From the human T2T-CHM13v2.0 reference genome, Homo sapiens, in NCBI RefSeq assembly GCF_009914755.1, contig NC_060936.1: DNA of 64,000 nt; one strand, given 5' to 3'. The notes under the pieces were generated by a model that did not search any database, was not told where the DNA came from, and was given only the letters and a program-made list of their open reading frames with translations. A program made the translations under genes and the position numbers. Every line of letters starts with the position of its first letter. Position 1 is the stretch's first letter. Below are positions 44,541 to 59,954 of the stretch, piece after piece.

Positions 44541-44784
44541 ATTAGATGAATGATATAACTAACGAAGTATGTTGGAGAATATTAAAAAAAATTAAAAGTC
44601 TAAAGGAAAGTGTACTCATTTCAAGAGTATTATAGATGACCTAAACAAAACAAACAAAACCCCTTACAAAACCAAATAGTTAAAAAGAAAAAAAATATGA
44701 TAGTCCCCAAATGTCATTCTCCCCTTCTCCCCTCCAAAAACAAAAACAAAAACAAGACAAAACATGAAAACCACAACTTCCTAC

Positions 44785-44922
44785 CCTGGCTATGAGGACT
44801 TGCTGGACTAAGAGATGGCTGATGCAAATCTTTGGTTGGCGTTGGATAAGCTTCTTTTCCTTGGCGCTGACTCATCTTTCCTGGTGTCAGAAGCTGAGAT
44901 TCGTCACTGTTTGCTACAACAG
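44785..44922 (-). CDS. OSBPL8: OSBPL8 coding exon (exon 4), 138 nt, (T)VVANSDESQLLTPGKMSQRQGKEAYPTPTKDLHQPSLSPASPHSQ(G); contains the ORP8S start ATG at 44875-44873
   Basis: Minus strand reads ttcccttctttccttgAG|CTGTTGTAGC...CATAGCCAGG|GTAGGA. The frame is open, phase 1-1, and matches the recalled ORP8 N-terminal sequence. Confidence 0.97.
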
Positions 44923-45800
44923 CTCAAGGAAAGAAGGGAAAAATAATTAGTACTGAAGTCACAGATTTACATAATAGTATAGTTAATAACATGGAATAAG
45001 ATCAAAACTGAAATGGCCTTGGTGGTTATATTCATTTTACCAACTCAATACTTTAATAAATTCTCACAGTCATCTTGTTTTCATGTTGGTTTGTTACTGA
45101 TCCAAGAAGAACTGACAGGTATGTTTGAGTCAAATATACAAATTATAGACATTATAATAATGAAAATACATATCCAACTGATAATGAAAGGCCTAAGGTT
45201 TACTGTGTGCCTTTCATTGTGCTATTTATTCTTTATATTTACCAACAAAATAAGCCAAAGCCAGTCATTTCCCAAAAAAAAAAATACAAATCGTCGATAA
45301 ACATATAAAGATACTCAGCCTCATTAGTAATCAGAAAAACTACAAATTACTAGCAGTATAAAATAATATTTGACATTCGCTAGAATTTCTACTCTAATTT
45401 CTAATTTTCACGAAAAGTCGGTATGATAACTGTTTTAGAGAGGAGGAAACTTGAGGGTCAGAGATTGCCTTGCCTGAGGCTAAACAGTAATAGAGGCAAG
45501 ATTCTAACTCAGAACCATTTGGTTCCAAAGTCTGTCTCTTAAAGCTTGCTGCCCCAATAAACAATTTAAGTAGTGCTTTGTAGTTGCTTCTCACCCATTT
45601 GGCCATCCTACTATCTATCGCTCAGTAATAGCGAGCCATGCCCAGTTTCAGAGAGCAGAAACAAAGTGAAAACACTCAATGAAGAAACAGGGCAAACTGC
45701 CAAGTCCAAAGTACCTGAGGATCTCCACATTCTTTCATTTTATATTCCTGTGCTTTCAGCCTATAAAAACTCGAGTTTCATCTTAAGAAAGGACGATTTA

Positions 45801-46086
<286 letters not shown>

Positions 46087-46294
46087 TTATTTTTCAATAC
46101 AGACATTCAGAATTTCACATTCACCTTTTTATCATCATGTCCTTTAAATCTAATTGGTTTAAAATGTTTTCTGTTGCGATAGTTTTCAAAATTTTATTTC
46201 AGCTCCTTAGATTCCAAAGTAAAAATACAAAAACACTTGCACTTTTCATCCAAAATATAAAAAATTATTTTTCCAAGTCAATTAAAAAAATGTA

Positions 46295-47205
46295 TAGACT
46301 GATGACTCCCAACTTCCTATCTCCCCCTAAACTCAAACTTACATACCCAACTGCCTGCCTTATAATCACCTCTTAATTATTTACAGGCATCTCAAATTTA
46401 TCTAGAATGTAATTTTTGATTCTGCTCATCCTTCAAACCTGCCTCTCCCCAAACTCAGTTCATGCCATCACTACTCCCCTCCCACTACTTTCTCAGGCCA
46501 AAACCTTAGATGTGTTTTTATTTTTCTCTTTCTCTTACTGAGCAATCTTTTAAAATCATAAATTAGATTTCCAGTATGCAGAAATATCCTCACTGGCTTC
46601 CCATTACATTTACAATATAATCCATAACCTGGAAATTCAACACAGTCTGGCCTGCTACTTGTTCCAACCTCATTCTCTACTACTCTCCTGTCACTCACTT
46701 GGCTCCTGCCGTAATAGTCTTCTTGGTATTTCCTCAAGAAAGGCCATCTTTTGCCCAGTCACAGGGCTTTTATCTCTTGCTCTTTCTACCTGGAATATTC
46801 CTACCCCAGATCATCACATTATTAGCTCCTCTCCTTTGTTGTCTGGGCTCAAAGGTCATCTCTTCAGAAAAGCCCTTTGGTTTCTTCATGGTACTTTTGA
46901 TACGTTCTTAATTTCAACATGGCACAATTTGGCATTTTTTTTTTTTTAGGGTTAGTACCCACCACTTCACAGTTATACTATTATCACTTTACCTTACATG
47001 ATTTTCATTGTAGCTCCTATCATTATCTGAAAAATATAGTTTATTGCTTTTCTTCCTCCATTAGACATTAAATTCCATGAGAGAAGGAAGTTTTGTCTGC
47101 CTTATTTTCCCATAAATTCTCAGGTCCTGGTAAACTTCCTGCCCTATTGAAGGTGTCGCATCCTACCATACTAAAGATGTTCAATAAATTTATGTTGAAT
47201 GAGTC
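46295..47205 (+). mobile_element. L2 3' portion
   Basis: aggcatctcaaattt...; terminal tcaataaatttatgttgaatgagt. Confidence 0.8.
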
Positions 47206-47299
47206 AATAAACCAACTTTATATTTTTATAAAACATCATAAAGTATATGGTGTCTCTTTCAGTTACTAAATCCAAGATTCATTTGATTCCTAAAAATAA

Positions 47300-48340
47300 T
47301 TTTAAATGTATGGTACTGATGCAGAGAGATAAATTGACCTAAAGAACATAGCAGATAGCTTTCAGAAACAGACACATACATACATGGAGCTCAGATATAC
47401 AACAGAAATAGGGAGAATAAATTACTCAGTTAACAATATGAGGTTATCAACTGGTCATCAATATTGGAAAAGTAGAGAGAACTCTACTTCTTACCACACA
47501 CAAAGAATAGTTCTATGAAGACTACAGACATAATGTAAAAAAGCAAAACTGGAAAATCTTTAGAATAAGAGAATATCTTCATAAACTTGGGACAGAGATT
47601 CCTTTAAAAAGACACAAAAAAGCACTAACCCAAAAATTAAAAAATCAGTAAGTTCAATATTAAAAGTATAAATTTATTTAAAGGTATCATAAACTGAAAA
47701 GGCACAAAATAAGATATTTGCAACACCCATAATTAACAAAAGGTTGGTACCTAGAATGTTCTTAAAAAAAAACTTCAATAAATCATTAGAAAAAGAACAT
47801 CATAATAGCAAAATAGGGCAAAGACTTGAACAGTGATTCACAAAAGAAAAATGCAAATGGGCAATAAATGTATGAAAAGATGTTCATCCTTTTTTAGTAA
47901 TGAGGCAAATACAAATCAAAATAATAAATATTTTATACTCAGTAAAATTAACAAAAATTAATGTCTGATAATACCAAATACTGATGAGGATGGGATCATC
48001 GAGATGTCTTAAGCACTGTTAATGGAGTATAAGTTGATACAAGCACTTTGGAAAACAATGTGAGCTTCTTATATAAAACTGAATACCCTGTGGGTCCAAC
48101 AATTCCACTCTTGGATCTAGAAAAACTTTTACAGGTATATACCAAGAGACAAGAATAAGAATGTTCATAGCAACACTGTTCATAATAGCAAAAACCAAAC
48201 AACATATTCATCAATTGAAAAATGAATTTTAATAAATTCTGGCATATCCATATAATGAAATAGTATATAGCACTAAAAAGGAATGATCTAGTTCTATAAC
48301 AAACGACATGATTGAATATTAAAAGTAAAATGTTAATTAC
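47300..48340 (+). mobile_element. Old L1M ORF2/3' fragment
   Basis: gggcaaagacttgaacag, agaatgttcatagcaacactgttcataatagc. Confidence 0.8.
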
Positions 48341-48679
48341 AGCCAGGCACAACGGCTTGCATCTATAATCCCAGCTACTCAGGAGGCTGAGGTGGGAGGA
48401 TTGCTTGAGGCCAGGAGTTCAAGACCAGCCTAGACAACATAGCAAGACCTATCTCTAAAAGAAATAAAAATTAAAAAAAGTTAGCTGGGCGTGGTAGCTC
48501 ACACTGTAATCCTAGCATAGCAGGCATCTGTAGTCCCAGCTACTAGGGAGGCTGAGGTGGGAGCATCACTTGAGCCCAGGTGTTCAAAGCTGCAGTAAGC
48601 TGTGATAACACCAATGCACCCTAGTGTGGGCAACAAAGCAAGACCCTGTCTCTTTAAAAAATTAAAAAAAAAAAAAAAA
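48341..48679 (+). mobile_element. Composite AluJ/FLAM (monomer plus internally deleted Alu)
   Basis: Two Alu-start segments followed by one right arm and poly(A). Confidence 0.8.
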
Positions 48680-48887
48680 GGTAACTACAAACAGCAAGTC
48701 CTAGAAAATTATATAAACCATGACACCATTCTTTTAAAATTGAAAACCAAGCAAAATCTAGTGATACATACATGAGTAAAAAACAATAAAAAAAAAGACT
48801 TTTTAAAAAGCAAAGAATAATAAAAAGAAAAAAATACAACCTAGTCATGCCCTCTTGGGGCAGGCTCAGGGATAAAAAAGCAGCAGA

Positions 48888-49189
<302 letters not shown>

Positions 49190-50272
49190 GCAGCAGAAAG
49201 ACCTAAGGTACATGGAAGATTCTAGTTCTTAAGCTGAGTGATAGCTCAATAAGGGCTCATTGTATAATTATGCTCTCATTTACATATGACACATATTCTT
49301 TTGTATGTATCAGACAGAACATTTAATGCTAATTTAAAATACTTTATAAGAACCACTAGCAGAATTAATGTAGGTTTTAGCATTCTGTCAGTAAAACATA
49401 GGTGTCCATGTCTTGAATAACTTTAAAACAGCCTGAACTGTAAAGTTAGCTCTATTCACCCTTTCTAATCCATTTTCGATGGAAGTATTACTACATGATT
49501 TTGATAGCCGTGAAGTAACAAGAATATGCAGAAACAGCAGTATACAGAGTGCACCTCTTTACCAAAAAAACCAGAAAGCCCATGTTTCTATTTATTTTCC
49601 CTCACCCCATTCACAAGCATTAACAACTATACAGACAAAAGAGGCTAGGGAATATAAAAATCATTATGATTTCCTACATCAGTTACATAATAGTAGACTA
49701 TTCAAACATAAGTTTAAGAGGGACAGTGACTTTTTTTCTGTATCCCTTGGCATATAACTGATACTCACTAAATACTCTCTAAATGACTGAATAGATATTT
49801 GGCAAATGAATCACTGTGTGACTCCAGTGCAGTTTCACCGTCTCACCTACCAAAGATAACATTACAGTGCCCTCTGCTGTTTCTACTTCAAGTGGAAGTA
49901 AAGCAACCTGCTTTGCTACTCACATTACTCATCTTTAGTAGAAATCACACTGAAATAGTTAATATAATTAACATATCTGCTGCATCTAAGGAGAACATGA
50001 ATCAAAAACATTTTTACCTTCTGAATTCAACTCATCAATATAAAATTTGAAGAATTTTACAAGTTTCAAAGTTTGCCTTTAATCTAAGTGGAAGCTAAAA
50101 TAAGATGAAGTAATTTTTTAAAGTCATAAATAATAATCTGTATGTAAATCCTATATCTCCTTTTCTTCTAAGGTATACATTTCTTAAATACTCCAATAAT
50201 TTAAATGTCAGTATAGATCACGTACTTTTTTCATTCTATAGTACATGATACTAATCAAGTACCAAGAAATTA

Positions 50273-51534
50273 CAGCTGACGTTTAAGCAGTCAAAAATGT
50301 GTATTTAGGGACTGGGAGTGGTAGCTCACACCTGTAATCCCAGCACTTTGGGAGGCAGGCAGATTATTTGAGGTCAGGAGTTTGAGACTAGCCTGGCCAA
50401 CACGGTGAAACCCCATCTCTACTAAAAATACAAAATTGGCTGGGCATGGTGGTGCACGCCTGTAATCCCAGCTACTCAGGAGGCTGAGGCAGCCCAGGTT
50501 GTGTCCCTGCACTAGGTGACAGAGCAAGACTCCGTGTCAAAAAAAAAAAGTGCATTTAACTTTTGACCCTCCAAAAACTTAAGTACTAATAGCCTACTGT
50601 TTGCTGTTGACTGGAAGCCTTATACATAATACGAAGAGTCAACACATATTGTATATGTTGTATGTATTACATATTGTATTATGTAATACAATATATACAT
50701 AAGCTAAAGAAAATGTTATTAAGAAAATCATAAGAGAAAATACAATTACAGTACTATACCATATTTATTGATACCATAAGTTTATGCCATCTGTTTACAA
50801 GATGAATCATCAGTTTGAAATAGCAGCAACCACAGCTGCAGACCTCAATCTAGAGCTAAATATTAAGCAATTAAACTTTTTCTTGTAATGTCATGGCCTT
50901 TGTCTGCTTCTTGGGAGCAACCGAAGCATCAACAGTGGTACTTCACATGGGTCCCATAGCGTTATTCAAGGTTTACAATATTGCACGAAACATGATGAAA
51001 ATAGGCAAGAATGATGAGAAATGACTTTTTAAAGCAATATGCAATTTACTGGAGCAAATAACTTCATACAGAGATGATTAGCATCACACAGCATTTTAAG
51101 CAGATATTCGCAACACCTGAGCTCATAGTAATAACAGGAAGTGGTTAGAAAATTATTACAGTAGTACGGTATGTACTAGTTAATGTTATGTAGTTACGAT
51201 TTAATATTGTATCTTTATGTTTGTTTACATTTTTCTCAACTGGGAATGGCAACGTGTACGGTGTGTGTGAAAAGTTTTGATAAATTTTTACTTATGTAAT
51301 AGATTTGTGTATATTTTAAAGTAGTAAGAAAATAAACTAGTACCTACATATATTTTATGCATTCATGATATACCTAACCTTTCCTTTATTTTTTCTATGT
51401 TTCTAAGGTACAGTTCATCTGTGAGTTTTAAATTGTCACAAACCTCAGAAAAATTTTCCAATATATTTATTTTTAAAAATACACATAGAAGTGGACTCGT
51501 GTAGTTAAAAGTTGTCTTGTTCAAGGGTCAACTG
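50273..51534. mobile_element. Tigger2-family (TcMar) element with TA TSDs
   Basis: ta|cagctgac ... ttgttcaagggtcaactg|ta; internal aacttttgaccc...ctaatagcctactgtt. Confidence 0.85.
50308..50549 (+). mobile_element. AluS with right-arm deletion, nested in Tigger2
   Basis: gaggctgaggcag joined almost directly to ctgcactaggtgacagag. Confidence 0.88.
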
Positions 51535-51919
51535 TACTTCACTTTAAAAGATATATGGTCTCTAACAAATGATTATACAGACCCAGCCTTTTAATACTTG
51601 GCAGAGTACATGATAAAGTCATCTCTAATATTATGTTGTATATTTTTATTTATATATATGCTTGAAATATATAACCTTAAGTAAATTTCTTCTATTCGAA
51701 GTAAAAAAGATCTCCATTTGTAAAAACCCAGTTCCTAAGATAAAATATTTCAGTTAATATTTAAAATGCTATTCTATTTATAAAGCTCAGCAGTGCCATT
51801 CAGTTCACCTGAGTCCATGTCTAAATATATGAGGTAATTAAAGAAACTGAAGAATCCATTGAAATTAAATGCCAAGTAAGTATCACAAGGCTGAACAACA
51901 AAACATAAAAATATTTTGA

Positions 51920-52222
51920 AGCTTGGTGCAGTGGCTCACACCTGCAATGTCAGCATTTTGGGAAGCCAAGGCAGGAGGATCGGATCGCTTGAGTCCAGGA
52001 GTTTAAGACCAGCCTCGGCAATGTAGGAAAACCCTGTGTCTACAAAAAATAAAAATAAAAAAAATTTAGCTGGGCACACGCTTGTAGTCCCAGCTACTCA
52101 GGAGGCTGAGGTGGGAAGATCGCTTGAGTCTAGGAGAAGTTGTGGCTGCAGTAAGCTGTGATTGTGCCACTGCACTCCAGCCTGGGTGTCAGAGTAAAAC
52201 CCTGTCTCAAGAAAATCAAAAA
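51920..52222 (+). mobile_element. AluJ
   Basis: Forward Alu dimer. Confidence 0.9.
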
Positions 52223-52342
52223 CAACATTTTGAGATTTGTGTTCTTTTTTCTATTTTTAAGATTTCTACCTCCTAATGATGATTGTATAATAAATAATAT
52301 TTATAAAATATTTTGAGTTATTGCATTTAAGAATGAAAAAAG

Positions 52343-52645
<303 letters not shown>

Positions 52646-53793
52646 GGATTTAGCATATTACTTTAAATCCTCTCTTTTTAGAAAAAAAATTACATACATA
52701 CTATAACCAGTTAGAGATAAACAGCAACTGATCTAGACTAAAAAAGTTTATAGTTAGAAGAAACCTTTACCATTTTCTCATTCAGTTCCTTTCCTAGGTC
52801 AATGAAATATGAGTCCCAGAACAGTAAACTGACTTGCAATAATCAGATAATTGTTTAGGAATCAATAATAAAACTTCCTAAATCAATATAATTTTCTATA
52901 TTATTCATCAATGAAGTTAAAAATCTTCATCTATGATGCAGTAAAATTTTAACTGTTTAGTTACACTTGAATGCAGCAAACAGTTTCCTTCTATCTTTGA
53001 ATAACAGTAGAAGGAAGACACACTGGACTAGTAACCAATTCTAACTTCTCGGATATTTGTGCTATCTTAACTTCAGGCTCTCCTCTATAAAATTAATGCT
53101 TCATTAGATAATTTCTGAAGTTCCTTTCACCTCAGCAATTCTATGATTTTTAATATAAAAATTGCCCCTCTTACTCCCTAGCTAGACTATAAAAATTTTT
53201 AGGGGCAGGAATCATGTTTTATTCATTATGTACCTCCAAAAGTTGGCAGTGGCTGCCACTCCCTGCCCCAAAAAACTCTCAGTAAAATGTGTTGAGGTGA
53301 ATTGGATATAATTTTCAAGGATACATCTTCTAAATTCCTAAGGTAAAACATGTTTCACTTATAAAATACCCAAAGTATAAAACAATTTTCGTAATCAAAT
53401 TATTATGTAAAAATTCTGACAAAATAAAAGTGTTTCTCCCTTTCATATGGCAGTGAAATCCTTGTGCTAGATCTATGCCATGTGATAACTGTAGAAAGAA
53501 ATACTATGAAGAAGAGGTCCCAAATTATGAGTTAGATAATTAAGTAAATAATGCATCTTAGGTAAGATGTAAATATACAAACACTGCCTATGAATCTCAG
53601 ATGGACAATGAGAACAGATGGGGCACTGGGTACTAAATGACCATTTATATTCTTTACTTTATATTTCAATTCCTGGAAAGAAAAGTAGAACACTTAATAA
53701 TTCAAAATTGAAACACCATTTGCCTTTCATAATAATCACACATCAAAATATTATCATGTCCCCAAACATGCCGTTCAAGCTTCAGCTACTTAC

Positions 53794-53830
53794 TTGATGG
53801 CCCAAGGACATCTTTGCTATCACCAAGAAG
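53794..53830 (-). CDS. OSBPL8: OSBPL8 coding exon (exon 3 as recalled), 37 nt, LLGDSKDVLGPS + A (phase 0 in, phase 1 out)
   Basis: Minus strand reads ccttaaaAG|CTTCTTGGTGATAGCAAAGATGTCCTTGGGCCATCAA|GTAAGT. The peptide matches recalled ORP8L residues ~15-26, and the phase joins the next exon (A|CT = Thr). Confidence 0.96.
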
Positions 53831-54001
53831 CTTTTAAGGCAGGGTAATTGAGCAGCAAACAAATACAGTCCAAATCAGGAAGAAGCAAAATGCATCAGGA
53901 CGGAAACAGCAGTGAAACAAAAGGACAAGGAAAATAGCATTAGTTTATAAGTAGAAAGCACATGCACATCAATAGTAATAACCGTAATAATTTACAAGAA
54001 A
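53831..54001 (-). promoter_or_regulatory. Extended 3' splice-site region of the 37-nt exon: AG-exclusion zone with candidate distant branch point (ACTAAT, branch A at 53940) and polypyrimidine tract
   Basis: No CT dinucleotide on + (AG on -) from 53833 to 54001. Minus strand reads ACTAATgcTATTTTCCTTGTCCTTTTGTTTC. Confidence 0.7.
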
Positions 54002-55122
54002 CTTCCTTTTCCACACACAAAAAAAGATCTTGGATTAAGCAGTATCAAATATTTGTTTTATCTTTAGAAAATGAAGGTGGTAAGAGAAAAATGGATCACC
54101 TAAGTATTTTGTTTTGAAAATTAAGTCAAAAATTACTTTCAATTACAATTCAAGATATGTTAGTAAAGGTAAAAATTACATAGAAATTTAAGAGACAGCC
54201 AAGTTATGCATTCCTTAAATTTAAGGTGGTTTAAAACTATATAACACCCATGCACTATTAAAGATTAGTTCTGCATGCCATGAAAGCACGTAACACTACA
54301 AAGAGATTTAGTATGTTTCTTCTACAAAAGAGTAAGGAACATTTATTGAGTGCTTGTTACATGCCAAGCATTGTGTGAAGAGCATCTACAGAGGCATCAA
54401 CAAAGTAGAACAAATTCTTTCTCAATTGGCAAAAAAAAAAAAAAAAAGAGAAACATTAATTAGAAAGAAGTTTTACTAAGTCAGACAAACTTTTCTTAGG
54501 GCCCACTAAAAATCAAGCATAGTATTTGGAGCTAATGGTCTTTGGGAAGTCAGAAGACCCAACCCTTGAATGAAGAACTTGCAATCAACTAAAAGAAACA
54601 GGAAAAAGTCTGCTGACCTTTTGTTTAGTAACTATTTTAACATAAATTACTCTAAATGTTGCCCATGGACAAGTGCTTTGGTTCTGGTAGAAACAGAGTT
54701 CTCAGCTCTCCTTCATTTTAAATACCAAATGCAGTAACATACCAAAACAAATGCAGTAACAGAAACAAAAAGTTCCCAATAATTACATTATTTGTTGGTC
54801 TTAAAGAGACCTGAGGATCTTAATTGGCTGTGACAAAACAAGTTAGCAGTTGTTTGCTTTGGGCTTTTGTCACCTCCTTGAATAAAATCTTGGACCTATT
54901 CCTTCCCTAAGTGATGGCTTTTTACAATACTTGAAATGATCTTCTAATGCCTTGAAGGCATTTGCTCTATTCATGTTTGTGCAGTTTCCCATTTAATCTC
55001 ATTCTTCTGGTTTTACAAACAAACTAAAGTTGGCAAAGTTATATTCTCCTGGGCTGAAGCAATCCTCCAGCCTCTGCCTCCCAAAATGCTGGAATTACTG
55101 ATGTAAGCCACCACACCAGGCC

Positions 55123-55870
<748 letters not shown>

Positions 55871-56399
55871 CTGGAAAACTGGAAAAAAGTTAAGCTGACA
55901 GAAACAACTGTGGCAAACTTTACAAATGCTTCATAGACATCTTCTAAGATCTTCCTGAATTGATATAAATGATTGCATCGTTTCCCTAGATTTATCAGTA
56001 ACTTCCTAAAGGAAAGCAGTGGTTCTAATTGTGTGTATACATGGCTGCGAGTATTTAATTTCACAAGGCCAGTCATGTTTGAAGGTTTTACAGTTCATCT
56101 TCTATTTAAAGATTAATAAGCTCAACTTTCATTGTACAGTTCTGTTATATTCTCATATTTTGTCAATTAACAGCACTATGTCAACTGCTATACAGCTGTA
56201 CTCCTTACTTTTTTACTCCCAGAAAATAATCCTTAGCATATACAACTACTAAATATTTGCTCCAAAAATGTCCAAGCATGGTTAGTCTCGACATTATCCT
56301 CAAGCATGTCTGTGTCATACAAATCTGATTCTATTGGATCAATCCTATTTTTTTCAAGTTGAGGCACTGAACAATAATCAAAACAAACATCATCTTTTC

Positions 56400-57530
56400 C
56401 AATCATCCATTCATCCATTTAACAAATATTTACTTAGTAACTACTGCTGACATATATCACTTAGACACCAAGGGACATAGCAGTAAGCAAAACAGACAAA
56501 AATCCTGCCCTTGGTACTCATGTCCTAGTAAGACAGATGAACATTAACATAAAAAATGTTAAGTAAAAATTCATGGTATAATATATAGCATAAAAACTAG
56601 GGGGGGAAATAAGTAACAAATGGGAACACAAAAAATATTAGGGAAAGGGAGTTAAAATTTTAGATAGGTTGGCCTAAGAAGGCTTCAATACAGAGTTGAC
56701 TGAATAAGATGAAGGAACCTGGCATAACAACATACAGGGTGAAAGTATGAAAGACAGAGGGAAGAGCAAGTGTACAGGATTATGATGCAAGCAAGTCTGG
56801 AATGTTTATGGAAGAGCACGAAGGCCAATGAGGCTGGAATGCAATGCAAAAATAGGAAAGTAGTAGGAGATGAGGTCAGAGGGGTAAACAGATGTCAGGT
56901 TGTATAGGACTTTGTAGGGTCTAGTCAAAACTTTGGTTTTATTTTGAATAAGATGGGGAACCACTGGATGGTTTTGAGAAGAGAATTGACACAGTCTGAT
57001 TATGTTTTAACAGAATCACTCTGATTGCTATGTTGATAACAGACTAGAGAGACAAGGGTATAATCACTTAGGAGGTTACCACTATAATCTAGGAGAGGGG
57101 GAATCGTGGACCAAAGTGTTAGCAGTGAAGGTGATGAGAAGTAGCTAAGTTCCAAATATATTTTGAAAATAGAGCAAACAAGATTTCCAAATAGACCAAA
57201 TGTGAGATAAAAAAGGCAGGAACAAAATGATGTCAAGTGTTGGGGTTTGAGCACCTGGAAGGATGGGACTTTCATTATCTGAGACAGAAAAGATAGTGAG
57301 AGCAGCTAGTTTACAGGAAGAAATATAAGGAACTCAGTTTGGGTCAAATTAAGTTTGAAATGCATGTCAGACATTCATCCAAGTGGAAATGTCAAGTAAG
57401 CAGCTGGATATATAAATCTGTATAGGGAAAGGTTCAGGCTGGTAAGAAAAATATAAATTATGTATGAGAGTTATGTTATATGACCTGAATGGCTTAATCA
57501 TAAGAGACTGAAAAATGCCATGGGATAAAA
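56400..57530 (-). mobile_element. L2a 3' portion
   Basis: catccattcatccatttaacaaatattt...aaacagacaaaaatcctgccct; ggagatgaggtcaga. Confidence 0.85.
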
Positions 57531-58069
57531 GAACAGGCCCTAGAAAAACATATATTATAATGGACAACACAACTAAGAATCACACTCAAGCACTGCAAAT
57601 GCAAAGCTGAAACACAATGAAAAATAAGCATGGCTTCAGAAAACTTCCTCAAAAGGATATGGATACAAAAGCACTGAACTGGGAGTCAAGTGAAATCATC
57701 CTTCCAGAGTTGCTTGTAAGTGATGCCAATGGGAAACAGGATATAAGTAATTGAGGATTACATATCAAATTTACAAAGTAACGTATACCACTGAAGTCTT
57801 CTGCACATGGCTAAACTGCACACTACTAATTTCTTATTCTTACCACTTCTAGGACCTGGGTCAAATTTGTATAGTACCATGTTGTATAACACATGAATAA
57901 AAACAATGTGAAATTATTGATGTGGAACCACTCTACACAATTAACTTGTACAATATTTAAAAAGTAAAATGCTAGGCGTTCTTCTTGGTTTTTGTTAAAG
58001 AACCTAAATAGAGCTAGAATCTCAGAGAATCCAAGAACAGCTTCTCAGTTTATTCAGAAAAAGGTCATC

Positions 58070-58228
58070 ATGGGCGCCTTGTAGCCCCAGCTACATGGGA
58101 GGCTGAGGCAGGAGGACTGCTTGAGCCCAGGAGTTCAAGGCTGCAGTGTACCACGATCCATGATCGCACCTGTGAACAGCCACTGCACTCCAGCCTGAGC
58201 AACATAGTGAGACCCTGTCTCTAAAAAG
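58070..58228 (+). mobile_element. FAM-like fossil Alu monomer
   Basis: Retains the 7SL-type cctgtgaacagccactgcactccagcctg segment. Confidence 0.8.
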
Positions 58229-59212
58229 CAACAGTTTCTCTAATTGACTCCATTTGAGTATGTTATTGTTTACCATTGTCCCACAGACAATGTCCACACA
58301 GTTATCTAATTTTGTTATAAGTACATCGATAAGATATATCAGTAATAAAAGTTTCAGACATACTATCAAAGTATTTAAAAGCATGAAATATTTATAGCCA
58401 TTACCCAAATATTTACTAATTTTAGTCTATAAATCTCAGAAATAGTGCACAATGCAAAAAAAAGTGATTTTATTTTATTGTATGTCTAAATATTTGCCAC
58501 CTCATCTATAATTAGCATTAAACAAGCAATCTTGAGGGTATATAAACATCTTCATCCTGGGAAACTTCTCAGTCTCAAATAAACCACACTGGAAGGCCAC
58601 CCTAATAATAATGAAGTAATCCCACGCAATCTATAGTTTTGATTCCATCCCTTTGGCACAGCACTTCCCTCTTAATATACATCACGGCTTGATTTAAGTC
58701 ATCTGACTCATGACAAAGAGCTCATCAAGCACTGATGTAGCTGTTGGCACCTTTTCACCCAATAAAGTTGATCAAGTTGCTACAGAAGCAATCCTACTGC
58801 AGCTGGCTCCAAGAAACTACAATTCAGAAAGAGTATACAAAACATCTGAAGAGTGCTCTATTTAGCGTTATCATAGGCCCTTAGAATAACAAACTTCAGA
58901 GAGAGCTATATAGTGCAGCTGAGAACTGTCTGTTCTTCGAACAGGAGTCATCACTCTACACTTAGCTGAATTTTTAATATTCCTGTAATCATCTGCAAAA
59001 TATACTTGTGCACATTTTACCCTTGAGTTTCATGGGAGAGATTTTAAAGGAGTATTTGTCTCGGAACTACAGCTTATCACTGTTGGATAAAGAATATTAT
59101 CTGGCCTGCCAAGCAGATATTTAAAAATAACCTAATCGCACATTTGATCCAGCAATTCCCCTCCTAGGAATATTAATAAGGGGATCATACAAAATGTTCA
59201 AAAAGCTGTGTC

Positions 59213-59527
59213 TGGCCAGGTGCAGTGGCTCACGCCTGTAATCCCAGCACTTTGGGAGGCTGAGGCGGGCAGTTCACAAGGTCAGGAGATTGAGACTTTC
59301 CTGGCTAACAAGGTGAAACTCCGTCTCTACTAAAAATACAAAAAATTAGCCGGGCGTGGTGGCGGGCGCCTATAGTCCTAGCTACTCAGGAGGCTTAGGC
59401 AGGAGAATGGCATGAACCCGGGAGGCGGAGCTTACAGTGAGCCAAGATCACGCCACTGCACTCCAGCCTGGGCGACAGAGCAAGACTCCGTCTCAAAAAA
59501 ATAAAATAAAATAAAATAAAAATAAAA
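59213..59527 (+). mobile_element. AluY with (TAAAA)n tail
   Basis: cctggctaac, gaatggcatgaacccgggaggcggagctt. Confidence 0.93.
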
Positions 59528-59591
59528 AGATGTGTCCACGGATATTTACCACAACACCATTTACAGTAATCTAAAGAAGTAACCTGTTTCA

Positions 59592-59954
<363 letters not shown>

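Noticed and set aside
58070-58228. Possible 7SL RNA gene
   Set aside because: Lacks the S domain; it is a fossil Alu monomer with an A-rich end.
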